A stretch of DNA of 62,440 bases, the filler included, from Rhabdomonas costata (lineage: Eukaryota), in assembly GCA_019059605.1 (NCBI GenBank). It is 30 parts of 30 records of this genome, joined end to end, with 100 filler letters (N's around TTAATTAATTAA, not from the genome) between each part and the next. Parts side by side here need not be neighbours in the genome. Positions count along the whole stretch, not along the records: positions 22,950 to 24,934 come from JAHMHO010006700.1; positions 25,035 to 27,018 come from JAHMHO010006701.1; positions 27,119 to 29,105 come from JAHMHO010006702.1; positions 29,206 to 31,189 come from JAHMHO010006703.1; positions 31,290 to 33,268 come from JAHMHO010006704.1; positions 33,369 to 35,337 come from JAHMHO010006705.1; positions 35,438 to 37,424 come from JAHMHO010006706.1; 23 more parts are not named here. The stretch is one strand, 5' to 3'. Shown in pieces: positions 23,254-35,495 of this stretch. The notes beneath the pieces were generated by a model. It saw only the letters and a list, made by a program, of their open reading frames with translations, searched no databases and had not been told where the DNA came from. The position numbers and the translations under genes were made by a program. The first letter of the stretch is position 1. Each line of letters starts with the position of its first letter.

Positions 23254-24934
23254 AAAGCGTACAACACTGCCAAGGAAAGCGCTTTGCTCCAACCTGCAGA
23301 CGAATGGTATGCACCTGTATGCACAGCACTGGTTGGAGATGGATCCGTTGTTGACGCTTGGTGAAGTAGCAAGGAAGTAGTAGGTAGCAACGACGCAGTG
23401 ACAAAAGTGGCACGGATGAATTTCTGCGAATACAAGTGGGTCATTCATCTTCGGAGAAATGGATGTGCTGTGCCTGACGGTGATTCCAGGAATTGTTTTA
23501 ATCTGGCTTGGATGACCTACTATCACTCACGAATGTGCGCTGTGTTTTTCAGTCAAACTGGAATTTAATGATGGGAATTCACCCTGACATCGTTGTATGG
23601 TTGTATGGAAGTAAGTGGCCGTGAGCTTTCTGCACAGATTCTATAGAGTGCAGAAAAGGAAACGCTCTGATGCGTGTCTTGCGTAGAACCCTAAGAGCTG
23701 ATATATGCTTTTTGCTCTTTTATATTTTTTTTGAAACCACGAGTGCTGTCTCGGTTGCCCGCGACCCTCAGGTACAAGGACCGAGCGCTGCTATGTTCAC
23801 GGGAGCAGATCTGCGTGGACCTGTTCACGACCTCTTCCTCATACATGGACCTTGCCACCGTTGGCACGTTGCCCGCCAGTCTTCCCTCGCTCCATTTTTT
23901 CCGCCCCAACTATCTGTCATTTGTGCCGGCGTGTGAGCATGTCTGTCGTGTTCTGTATTGCGTGAGCGATGCCCATTTCAATTTGCAACTTGTGCAACTG
24001 AATGACTCGATGAACGGTTCTTTTGGTTGATACAACCCTTTACATCTTTGTAATTGTTCTGTCATTGCACCACTGCCCTCTTTTTCTTCATAAGTCGGAC
24101 AGTCGGAAAGCAGGAAAATAGGTTGAGCTCAGTCAAAAGGGCAGCTAACTCACCGGGAAACGGTCAGCCGACGGTCGAGTACGTGGTCAACACGCTTGTT
24201 GTTGGAGGCATAGAACTGCCACGGCCAAACACGGAGCCTAGATGCAACCGATCATCGGGAATTCTCTATACAATAATCTCTGCTCTTCAGGACTGCTGGC
24301 TCGTCTGACGGGTGGGCAGATGTGCCACTACAAAAATTTTGACGTCAAGCACGGCGACGGGGCTTGCCTGGTCCAAGACTTGCGAAGGGTCCTTCAGCGG
24401 GATACTGGCTTTGTGGTGCGCCGGGTGGTAGAGTAGATGGGCTTGCTTGGGATCGATAGAGCGATTGATCACTGGGTCCATTACTTAATGGTCTTTTGTT
24501 TTTTGCACGCACACATCTATGCCCAAGCTGCCTCTGCGGGCACCCCTATGAGTGAGATGTGTTCCTTTCTCGGCGTCCTTTCTTCTCCAGCCTTTCTATG
24601 TGACTATGTATTCTGTATGTAAGAAGAGGGACTGAGGAAAAAAAGAGGGCTTTATACCTGACTCATCCATTGCCCTCTTTCACCCCTCAGTCCCTCGCGT
24701 GCATTTAAGTGCAGCAGGCTGCGGCAGCCACAATGGCGCCAAAGAAGTCTCTCGATCCGTCCTCGATAGTCCGTCTGTGCGCGCTTAGGCGGTGATCCGC
24801 ACACGGTGCTCGGCGGGGGTGAAGATCACCAACTTCTTCGGCAACTTCTACATCCGCGGGCAGGACCTCATGGCTCTGCCCAACGTGGATGAGGACAACG
24901 TGTGGGCGAAGAAGTTGGTGATCTACACCCCCAC
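23254..24934 (+). CDS. SEC24: COPII coat subunit Sec24, trunk/beta-sandwich exons
   Basis: Exons 23254-23306, 23772-23863, 24291-24415 and 24789-end: LLQPADEWYK..QICVDLF..YMDLATVGLLARLTGG..DLRRVLQRDTGF.AVIRTRCSAGV..FFGNFYIR..DLMALPNVD. Confidence 0.92.
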
Positions 24935-26499
24935 NNNNNNNNNNNNNNNNNNNNNNNNNNNNNNNNNNNNNNNNNNNNTTAATTAATTAANNNNNNNNNN
25001 NNNNNNNNNNNNNNNNNNNNNNNNNNNNNNNNNNTTTGTTTTTTTTAGCAACAAGACAACAAACAGCAACTATAAAAGAGTCCACTCCCAGAAACGTTAT
25101 CACGTTTCTTGTCCATTAATTATTGATATTTATTGATTTTAAACCTTCTAAAAAAATCAAACTTAGGGGTAAACCCGTCTTAAAAACGTAAAAACGCCAC
25201 TTTGACATCACAGTACCACATTGTAAGTGCACGCGAACGAGTGGGCTGGAAATGGCACAAAAAAATACTTGAGGGTAAGTCTCGGCTTGGGGAGCATAAC
25301 GGTCTTGAATTATTGACCCTTTCCCTTTTTACTGCGCGATAGGACATTTTAAGCCCATTTTTGTGCAGGGGAACAGGCACTGCTCAAGCTACGCACCCAA
25401 ATAATTAAACCCAACAAAAGAGGTGATTACGGGCAAAGGGAAACCTCCAGTCTCGGGAATATCTTGAGAGATTGGTAGTATCCAACAAAGGTTTGAGCTG
25501 TCCCGTGGATGCCAGTGAGCAGACGGACCCAAAAGACGCCACCCCCATGATCCGCCGAACTATCAAGTGGAAGGTTTCACTATAAAAAAGCTTGTCTGGG
25601 GCCTTTTCCGCTCGCTTGTCAAACTCCAACGAGGGTCACGCTTCATGGTACTTGCAGAAGTGAGCAATGCAGTGCTGGCGAGAACGCAACCAACACATAA
25701 ACAACAGCGGCAAATGCCAAAACCTCCACCCGAAAAGACAGTGGCAAGCAGAGCCCACCGCTTCAGTGTTTAGTGTACAGAAAGTGTATCCAGAAAGTGT
25801 AAAACCAAACTGTCAGGAAAAATGGCAAACTTTGTACGGATGAGGCAAAGATACTTCACAACGGAACATGTCGTACATCCAAGGCGAGGCAAAATTGAAG
25901 ATGATCCCGTTACCCCATATTTCCCCACTATCTGTTTACAAACACTGACACAGCGAAGGAGGTCACTCAGAGGAACCTCCACCTCGGGCAAGAGCTTCCA
26001 CTAAAAGGGCAAGCCCTCTAACACTCTGCTCTGCAAGAGACAGAAAAAAAGAGACACGCAGACCCGTGTAACTTTTCAGAGCACATCTTCCGAGCCGTTA
26101 TGAAAGAACACCGCCCGGACACAGCACAGACATGCCTCAAACGGAATGAGGGAGCCCAACAGCAAAGCTGGCAACCTTTCACCGGACACATTTTGCGATC
26201 CCCACCGTTCCCATATAGAGATGAACAACAGGAATGCAACGCTCGGGAGCCTGCACGTCTCTCCCAGCGCATATGAAACCTAGCTCGATTCCACTCACCC
26301 CCGCCCAATACGCGGATCCGCGTATGCACGCTCTATTTTCTGGAGGTGAATAGAAATCGCGTCCCATTCAGGACTAAAGCCCCTCGCCTTAATCATTTTC
26401 GTGCTGGGAAATGTGCGCATTGGTAGGAGGAGATGACAGTCAAAAAAAAGAAGAGGAGAGACCCAACAAAAGCTGCCCCATCGGTGCTCACCCAGATCC

Positions 26500-27018
26500 T
26501 CAAGGCTGCCAAGGCTGCTGCCGCCGAAGAAGCTCCAGCACGGCATTGGTGTGCCCTCCCACTGCGGCGCAGAACAGCAGGTCCTGCTCCGCCTCCAGCG
26601 CAGGGAAGAGCTTTCTCCGTTGCACTGCACACGTGTACAATCACCAGGGTCGGCCCACTCTTTTTTTTCTATGTATACAGACGCTCAAAAAATGCATATG
26701 AGGCACTCTTGAGGTGGAGGTCATCCTCGACACACACGCACACACACATACATACGTGGGGAGTGCATCTGAAGGCACGATGCACGCGAGGTTGCATGAA
26801 AGGTGTGGTTGAAATCACCCATGTTCCGTGTGCGGGAGAAAAGATGCGCGAAAAATCCGCCGTGCGTTCTGCTCCGCACGGTCATTCTTGACACACGCAA
26901 AAAAAAGGGGGGGGAGCAGCAAACCGGCTTTCCGCAGCTCTAACAGAGCATCCTCCTTCTGTGGCCCAGGCTTCTCCATGGGCGGGCTATCCGGCTTCGC
27001 GGCGTGGAAAAGATCCTC
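26500..27018 (-). CDS. Ankyrin-like repeat protein, last two exons
   Basis: Exons 27018-26925 and 26624-26500 join in phase. DLLFCAAVGGHTNAVLELL resembles an ankyrin repeat. TGA stop. Confidence 0.5.
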
Positions 27019-27353
27019 NNNNNNNNNNNNNNNNNNNNNNNNNNNNNNNNNNNNNNNNNNNNTTAATTAATTAANNNNNNNNNNNNNNNNNNNNNNNNNN
27101 NNNNNNNNNNNNNNNNNNTGTTTTTTGTGCGGGCACCTATGCGACTCCCGATTTTTATCTCACTGAATTCCGGGTATGTGGGTCAGATTGGGGGTGGAGA
27201 CAACCTTCTTGGAGAGCTTGCCTGTCGTCGGTCAGCCAACTCAAGCCTTCATTTTTTGACGAGACGATTGCCAAGGTATTCCACCGGGCACACTTTCACT
27301 TTCCACTTCATTTCATTTCACCCTTCACACTTCATTTCATGTCTCTCTCTCAG

Positions 27354-29078
27354 GCAATGGTGAACGAGAAGTCACGGTGGGAGCTGGATTGGGGTGGGCA
27401 GCTCCCACCCACCACCTCGCGCTTTGCTCCGCTTTCCTTCGCGGCGCACGCGGAGCTGAAGGTGTTGTACGCCACTCTGCTGCAGCTTCTGCCACAGGCT
27501 CTGCAGCATACGTCAGCTAACGACGTCCGCAAAGTTGAGGTCTGTGCGCATGTGCTTGCATGCACACGCCTGCGCATGCGCTTAAGTTTGTGTATGTGGG
27601 TGCGTTTGAACGCGCACCTTCCGTGTGGTTAGAGGCCTTTGCTGGAGGGAAAGGCTGAAACCGCAAACACCGCAATACAATGATGTGTGCATCACCATGC
27701 TATATCGATGGGAGGTTGCTACAAATGGACAATGTGAAAGGGTACAGTTATGGAAATGGAAAACCCTACTTTACCCGGCATCTGCTGTGCCCATCTGCTG
27801 CAGAAACAATGCTCTTCAAGTGGACCCGGGGCCGGAATAAAGGACTGCGCGGAACAGGAACGGGAGCGTGGCTCTCTAACCAACCCAAATATGCCATTCG
27901 AGTGCAAAGTGGTCCTCCTCGCAACGGGAATGGTATTGCGGAGTTCACTGCGATCTTTGCCCTGTTTCAGCTTTGCCGGCTTCGCGTCAAGAGAGGGCAC
28001 TAGAGTACCATTTTCGTCGGAGGGTCCAAGCTGCAGTGCCCGGTTTGGTGTCCATATGTGTGCCTCACAGCTGCTTCGAGAGTACCGCCTGGTGCAGTAC
28101 TTCAAGATGCTCTTCTTCTGCGTCCGGAGCGAGGAGGAGAAGGCCCTGGTGGGCTCCCTGGTGCTGACCCCGAAATCTGGGAAGCAGATGCGAGCCTGGG
28201 ACGTGCTGATGAACGTCTTCATCACCAACGACGCAAAGCGCTACGAGCAGGACGAGAACAAGAAGGAGGTCAGCATCCCTCCCCCCATGTGCCACTTCAC
28301 AGCCCTGCACCTGTGGCTGAGAAAGGACGCAAATTTGGGACCTTGGAAATCCTTGCAGGCCTTAAATTTGATGGGGAAGAACTTTTTGCGAATGGAAAGG
28401 GCTCGCGATAAATGGTACTTCAAGCAACGAGGAAGCGGAGTGGCACTGCCATGCTATCAATCTACCTTGGGGCGGGGCCATCCACGTTGCTCATCGGTTC
28501 GTGCTATCGTAATCGTTTCCATTTCGAGAATGGGACTTGGTACTAGTCCTGATCAAGTGGGAAGTGCTCAAAAAGCGAAGTTTCCTTTTCGTCTTTTTTC
28601 CGTCATCGCACAAACATACACACACGCGAACAAACAATCACAACTGTCCCCAAGTCAAAGTAGAGAACTTATGACAGCGGGAAACGCAGGGGTCTGGAGC
28701 GTTTGAGACTCTTGACGCCCTATTTTCTTCGGAATTTTACGTGTCTCCGATGCCTGTGGACTGGCCTCCGGTCCTATATTAAACCAGTCCCTTTCGTTCG
28801 GCGAAAAACCCAGGAAAAAGAGGTCACTCCCAGCCCAACCAACTAACCAACCAACTTTGGAAGGTGTGAGTGCAACGTCCACCCCCACCCCCCTCGGTCC
28901 AGACCAATGTAATCGGATTCGACATCCCTGATTTCGGTGCTCGCAGATGGTGTACTTCTTGTATGTCGTCTGCATTGATTACATCCCGAACCTGGAGAGG
29001 TTCATGTCCTTTCCCAACTGGAACCCTCTAGAATGGTTCGTCAGCCTGTCCGACGTGCAGCTCTCCTACAACCTGCAG
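27354..29078 (+). CDS. Hypothetical protein, three phase-0 exons
   Basis: GT-AG exons 27354-27539, 28071-28268 and 28947-29078 are all multiples of 3, stop-free and strongly GC3-biased. Family not recognised. Confidence 0.7.
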
Positions 29079-29205
29079 GTGCAACATGCTTCCAGACCCA
29101 AACCCNNNNNNNNNNNNNNNNNNNNNNNNNNNNNNNNNNNNNNNNNNNNTTAATTAATTAANNNNNNNNNNNNNNNNNNNNNNNNNNNNNNNNNNNNNNN
29201 NNNNN

Positions 29206-29831
29206 GGTTTGGGGGGGATCTCTCACGAGGGCGGTGTATGGGATACCAGGGTTCCGGATCGCTCGGTGTGCATCCACGTGCGGCGAAGCGACAAGCGCAC
29301 CGAGTCCCGGGACACAGCCTTTGCGGCGTACATGGCGAAAGCAGAGCTGTTCCGGCGCCGCCGCCCCGAAATCCGCGACATCTTCCTTTCCACGGAGGAT
29401 CACACCGTGGTAGCGGAGACCGCGGCTTACCGCCCGCGATGGACCTTCCACATGTGCAACGAGCAGCGCCACAACTGGAACCACGAGCAGGTTGTGCTGG
29501 GAAGGGCGGGTCGGCGCTCCGCCATTCACATGGCAGCACTGAGGCGTAGGGGGGGGGTGCTTCCTCCCGTTCTTTTGGTCGTTTTCAAAAGTTAAGGTAA
29601 TGCAATTTCGGTTCCCCTTTTCCTTCCGAAAAGGTTGCGGCTGCGATGGGTGGGCAGTACTTGGCCGACATCAGCTTTTCCAACTTGTTCCAGCACATGC
29701 GTTGCTCCCATCTGGTGATCACGCGGATGTCTAACTGGTGCCGCCTGATTGAGGAGCTCCGGCTGACCGGGAACCGCAGCCGCTGCCCCGTGTGGGACCT
29801 CAGCCCCACTTACAGCAAGGCCTGGAGGTGA
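29206..29831 (+). CDS. GT23 alpha-1,6-fucosyltransferase-like (FUT8/NodZ family), last two exons
   Basis: Exons 29206-29490 and 29634-29831: motif I IHVRRSDK..E, motif II IFLSTED, motif III CSHLVITRMSNWCRLIEELR. TGA stop. Confidence 0.85.
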
Positions 29832-30896
29832 GGCCAAGCGCAGCATTCTCCACCCAACGGTCATCCTACACTCCCTACCGCGGCCAGGAAAGCGGGAGAC
29901 CAGAACCGACAGCCATCAAGTTCATGGCTGTGTCTTTATCCAGCTGCGGTGGTGTGCTTTTTACAGCAACAGCATGCCAGGGGCTGCTGCGCTGCAGATT
30001 TCCACAGGCTCTTTGGTGGGGAAGAATTATGCGGCGCGTGCTGACCTGACCAGAAACCTTTCTTGTGGGACCGGCGCACGTTGTGACAGACTACCTTTGC
30101 TTGCGGATTTTCCTCTCAATTGTGCAGTGCATGTTAAGCAAACTGGCGTTGTCGTTTAGAAAGTGGGCAAGTGTCTCTCTCCCACATCAGCACCTGCCCC
30201 GTGCCTCCGAGCTGGCACGACAGTGTGGATTGGGTTGCTTATGCTACCGATCAAAAGTTTAGAAATGTTATTTCGAACGGATGGGCTTTCTGTTGGAAAA
30301 AGGAATCGTCATCCCACGCACACACACACAATTGTGGTTGGGTGGCGATGAAGGTTCGCCTGTTATGATGGACAGAGTGGGTTGCGGATTTCCTGGTGTC
30401 TTCAGCTATTTGGAGGCGTTCGATCGATTGTGTGTGGGGTTCTGCAAACACACTGCTAGCGAGCTTCGCGAACGGTTGAGATTGAGTGGGCGAGTGAGTG
30501 AGAGATGGCCTCCGGGCTGCTCGCGCGGCTGCTGCCGTGGAAGAGGAAGGCCGACGAGGAAGTCCCCACGCCCTCCTCAGGTGCGGGACCCGTGGGTGCC
30601 TAAATGCACATGTTTATCTGGCGTGTTTTTGGGTGTGATGGCTTTTTTGGAATACGGGACGCGGCTTTTCGAATCGATCGTGGTGGGTTGCTCTGCCGTT
30701 TCGATCGATCTGGGATTCTCCATGGGTCCAATCAGAGTAACGATTTCTTATTCTCATATCGCGTCCACCGGTTGTACGCAGCGATATTCTGGAATTATAT
30801 ATTCCCAGCACTTGGAAACCCGTACTGTGCTGAATTCTGAGTTTCGGGATGTAACTCACCTTATTTAGGTTACAGCGGTTACACGAACGGTGAAAC

Positions 30897-30956
30897 AGGG
30901 TTAGGGTTAGGGTTTAGTGTTAAACCCAACAACCTAACCCTAAACCCTAACCCTAA
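30897..30956. repeat. Head-to-head interstitial telomeric repeats (TTAGGG)n...(CCCTAA)n
   Basis: 30901-30917 TTAGGGTTAGGGTTTAG is the exact reverse complement of 30940-30956. Confidence 0.85.
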
Positions 30957-31639
30957 TCCGTTAACAAATTTGCCATATTGCCTTTGTTTTTATACCAGCG
31001 CGCTTTGCGTTGGGCTGCCTTCTGTTATGTAGCCGTGGCGAGCCCAAGGAGGTACTACCGCAGGATCCCGCCGACGACCTTCCGGCTCAGGGTCATCCCC
31101 CAACCCAACGACACGATTATGATCGTCCCGGAGCAGGACAATGTCAGCATCTCTGTCGGTGCAAACGTCCCCACCCCCACCCAACACAANNNNNNNNNNN
31201 NNNNNNNNNNNNNNNNNNNNNNNNNNNNNNNNNTTAATTAATTAANNNNNNNNNNNNNNNNNNNNNNNNNNNNNNNNNNNNNNNNNNNNGCCTATTCTCT
31301 GCTTCTCTACAAAGGCAATCGAACGGAACGAACGAAGATCGCCTTTGCCGTGGCCACGGACCATTCAAGGCACGCCATCATCCATATGATCACCCACACA
31401 TGAGCGCAACGCTCACCAACAACCTCCCAACAATTGACACGACACACATACCCAGCGGCCAGAAAATCACTATCTCAGAATTTTTCTGGTTCCTCTGTTA
31501 CCAGAAACAGATCGACCAATGGGGAAAAGGTGACTTCAAGGTGCGGAAGACCCTGAAACTGCATTTGGACAAATTCTTTCTGGTGGTGGGCCGAAGTGTG
31601 TGTGTGCAAAACAACAAGAGGGTTAAAAGCATTGCTCAC

Positions 31640-31808
31640 CCGCTGGTGGTTCCACCGCAGTACCAGGCTGGCAACGCTACCCACAACCCACAGCAAGTGA
31701 GGCAGCCACAGAGCAGTCCAAGGGAGCCAGCTGGACGCGACTGCCACAGCGATAAACACGCCCTGCACAGCGACCGCGCTGCAGGGCGTGAACATGAAGT
31801 GGACGCAC
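31640..31808 (-). CDS. Hydrophobic (membrane) protein exon
   Basis: cgcag|...|gtgagc, encoding CVHFMFTPCSAVAVQGVFIAVAVASSWLPWTALWLPHLLWVVGSVASLVLRW. Confidence 0.5.
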
Positions 31809-33612
31809 CTGCGTAGGAAGGAAAGGAAGGCTTGCGAGGGGGCGAAAGAAACGCGACGATCTGCCGCCGAATGATCCAAATGATAGCCCCAAAAGCCTGT
31901 CCCCCTAGCGTCACACCACCCCCTCAAAAAGAGAGGGCTGAGCGCTCATGAGCCAGGGACGTCTCCCACCCTGTTAATTGCACTCACCCTGTCCGAGTCC
32001 CTCTCGTGCGTCTTCGCTATAAAGCCACGGCAAGAAGTATTCGCAAATGAAACTCATATATGTGTCTTTTCCCCTCTAAGGTACAACCACACCTCTGCGT
32101 GAGAACCCCTGGGCCAGGCCTCCTGCCTTGGTAGGTCAGCAAATTAGCCGAGCTTTCCTCGGTGCAGAAGTTCTGCAGTGCCTGGGGCCCCGTGTTCCGC
32201 CTGGATTGGTGGGTCAACGCCCCAGCCCCGGCAGAGCCTTGAACGCGGCGCTGCTGCTGATGGGTACGGGGAGAGGCCCCCCCACTTCCGCCGCTCCCGA
32301 TGTGCTCGATACGGGGAAACGTTGCCCCATTTGAACCTGGAGAAGCCTCAAGACCCCCTGGAAAGCTCAGCACCTGGTGAGGCAGGGAATTGAAAAACGC
32401 AGAACCCGGAGCAGCGGTGGTGGATGCGGGGGACCTCCCCGTGCTCACCGTGGCGGGCATGGCCCGGGGGAGGTCCAGAAACAAGCTGGGGGGGTTGGGG
32501 GCCGCACTGACGGCCCTGGACTGAGGGTCTTCAGCATAGGAGGAGCTGGTACACGGGAGGATGGTCTTGGGGGCGGATCGAAGTCCCGCAGGAAAAGCGC
32601 TCATTAGAGCGCATCACCTCCCAGAAGCGAATGGCAGGGAGGGAGATGGGAGAGGGATGGTAGTGTACAGCACCTAAATGCGGGGCGCAAACGTTACTGC
32701 TATACCCGACAATGGGCGGAAATACACAAAATAACCTGAGTCAAAAAAAATAGAAAGGCACCTCATTTTCCCGTTGGAGAGCCAGAGCTGTGAAATTGCG
32801 TTTCTTGGCAAGACAATTAAGAATTGCAGTGACAGAGCCCCGCTTTTTCTGCAGAAAAACTTTTCATAAAATACCCCCTTTTTTGGCACCTTCGAGGGAG
32901 GCCCTCCGCAGCAACTGAAATTTAAGACTGGACGCGGCATGCCGTCAAACCCACAAGTACGACGCCCCGCCAAAAACCCTCGGGGAAGCACAATGAAAAG
33001 GGCACTCACCCCACAGTCCGCAAGGGAGTCTCAGGGTCCACCCTGCAGCAGGTGGGATATCGTCAAGCTTGCAAAGCACGGGGTAAACAGGGCAATACAT
33101 ACTCACAAGTAAGACCCCCAGAAACGGGCATCCTGCACACAATCATTAGAGAAACCGTCGCGCTGAGCTGCACTTCAAGGGTATGAGAAAGGCATGCTTC
33201 AACAAAAAATCGGAGCAGAAATTACACGTGAACATCACACCATCCCCCCCCCCAAAAACCCCACACACNNNNNNNNNNNNNNNNNNNNNNNNNNNNNNNN
33301 NNNNNNNNNNNNTTAATTAATTAANNNNNNNNNNNNNNNNNNNNNNNNNNNNNNNNNNNNNNNNNNNNGGTTTCACTTCACCTGCAATCGTGAGTTTTTT
33401 TTTCGAACTTTCTGTGCAGTGACTGTCTCATTCTTTCCTCCTCGGAGATCGTGTACCACCACTAGGCGAGCGTTTACGGGGCAGAAATAGTCAGCGTATC
33501 TTGCGGATGCCCGCTGTGTGGGCGTGGGTGGGTTAGCGGAGGACGCGCCGTCGTTTCCCGTACGCTCGATATTCTTTGCAAAATGAAAACCGACAACACC
33601 AAAGGCATGCAG

Positions 33613-34550
33613 TGGAGGCAGCGGAGGATCTTCGCCTACTGGTGTCCTACATACGCGGTGACTGTAGAGCCCGTGGTGCGGGTCGTGAGGTGACCTCCAT
33701 CGCATGGGCCAGCTACCGCCCGGCGGTGTACTTGCCCCTGTACCGCGTTCTTCTCGGGCTCTGGGTGCTCGCGGCTGGGCCCAATGAGGCAGCCACGAGC
33801 TCCGACAAGCAGAGGGGCGTCTTTGCCTCCCCTCTCAATGCGTAGAAGCCTCCACGATGTAATCTCAAATGTTCTTAAAACTGCCCGGAATTTTTGGCTG
33901 TTTGTCTTTTGTTGATGTTTTTGAAATTTTCCATAACTTCAGCGCCCGTCAGCAAGGTAGTAAGACTTTCGTGTGCCTTGCGGACTTTATATCGCAACTT
34001 GAGGTTTGCCCGAAGTTTCTTTAATTGAAATTTTGGTTTTTTTCCAGCGCAGCCAAGCGACAAGGCCAAATCTGTTTAACATTTTCGGAGAAAAGGGTTC
34101 AACTTTTAGGACGAGCCAAGTCCCTGACTTGCAGCCGTTGGTTGTCGTAGAGATCATTTAAGTGGTCATGGGATTGACGTCGAGGATTCTGCGCTTGGAG
34201 CGCTGCCGATTCCTGCGTGGGTATCTTCGAACGCCCCGCCGAGGGTGCCGGGTGTTCTGTTCTGGAGCAGCTCCTGCGCCTTGAGCAGGAACTGCAGGAG
34301 CTTGCCGAAGTTTTGCACCCCTCCGTGCAGCGGCTGTCATCGGGCCTTGCCGCAGCTTTGGTGCACAGCCATGGCGAGAGCAAGAGCGAGGCTCGTGATG
34401 CGTCCTTGCTCTCCGGGAGGCTTGTTGCGCAACGAGCCTCCCGTAGAGCTCTCCATGTTCTCCTTTATGGAAGCCCAAATGGGTTTGTACTTGAAAAGGA
34501 CAGTGGCGCCATTTCGACACTTGAAGATGCTGAAGACTCTGACAGTGGGT
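33613..34550 (+). CDS. Hypothetical protein exons
   Basis: Two coding-like blocks (EAAEDLRLLVSYIRG..., VLEQLLRLEQELQELAEVL...). Exact splice sites uncertain. Confidence 0.35.
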
Positions 34551-35495
34551 AAGGTTCGGTGCTGTGAGCTCAAGTCTCTTCTCTGGCACTGAACCGCCTT
34601 GCTTTGACGCGTTACGCGAGCTTTATGTGCGCTGGAGACTGCATTAGAGTCCTTTTGGCACACGCACTAGGTGCTGTACTGCTGTACTGGCATCAATTGG
34701 ATGCCCAAACCTTTCCCTGGAATGGTTTAGGTGTCATATGAATGCAAGATGGAGCGTGAAATCGGCAAGATTGTTCAGGAATCCTGCCCCGTTTTTGTTT
34801 TGGAAAAGTAAATCGCGAGCTGCAAAGGACAAACCTTGACAATTTAGGTGAAAGCTTGCCTATGAAAATCTGACCTGTACTCTCTCTCCCCCTCTGGCAG
34901 ATTCAGTGCGCTTTCTGCATTTTGACATCATTTTTGTGACTAGTTTAGAGTGCATGCCCCTTTTCTGAGTGTGTCCCAGTCCTGTTTTCAACCAGTTACT
35001 GTGGTTTCTCCTGCCATGCCTCCTCCTCCTGACGACGCCAGTGATGTGCAGCAGGTACGGCGCTTTTGGGGGGGCTTGTTTGCAGCGGGCAATAATTTAA
35101 ACCTGGGGCAAACCAAATTCCGTGGTCAGCATATACTGCGTGCCAACCCTCTTCTCTCGTGACTTCAGCATCACTTGCTTAACATTGGGTCCCTTTCAAC
35201 TCTAGGTCATTTTGCCACCTTCCCATGATCATTTGGTCTTTGAACACTTTATAATCATAAAACTTCCTTTTTTTCCTTGCATTGCCTTCCAATAAATTGT
35301 GGATTCTGTCTCCTGTGATCCTCCTTTACAACCCCCANNNNNNNNNNNNNNNNNNNNNNNNNNNNNNNNNNNNNNNNNNNNTTAATTAATTAANNNNNNN
35401 NNNNNNNNNNNNNNNNNNNNNNNNNNNNNNNNNNNNNTTAGCAGTTCCAAACCAACGCCAAATGAGAGAGGAAAAGAGAGGGAGGCCAGGGCCAG

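Noticed and set aside
27750..28706. 318-aa ORF as a single-exon gene
   Set aside because: Only 28071-28268 has coding bias and splice sites. The rest is read-through intron.
34962..34972. TTTCTGAGTGT resembles part of the euglenid spliced leader
   Set aside because: Only 11 nt match. The sequence diverges afterwards, with no SL exon end, donor or Sm site.
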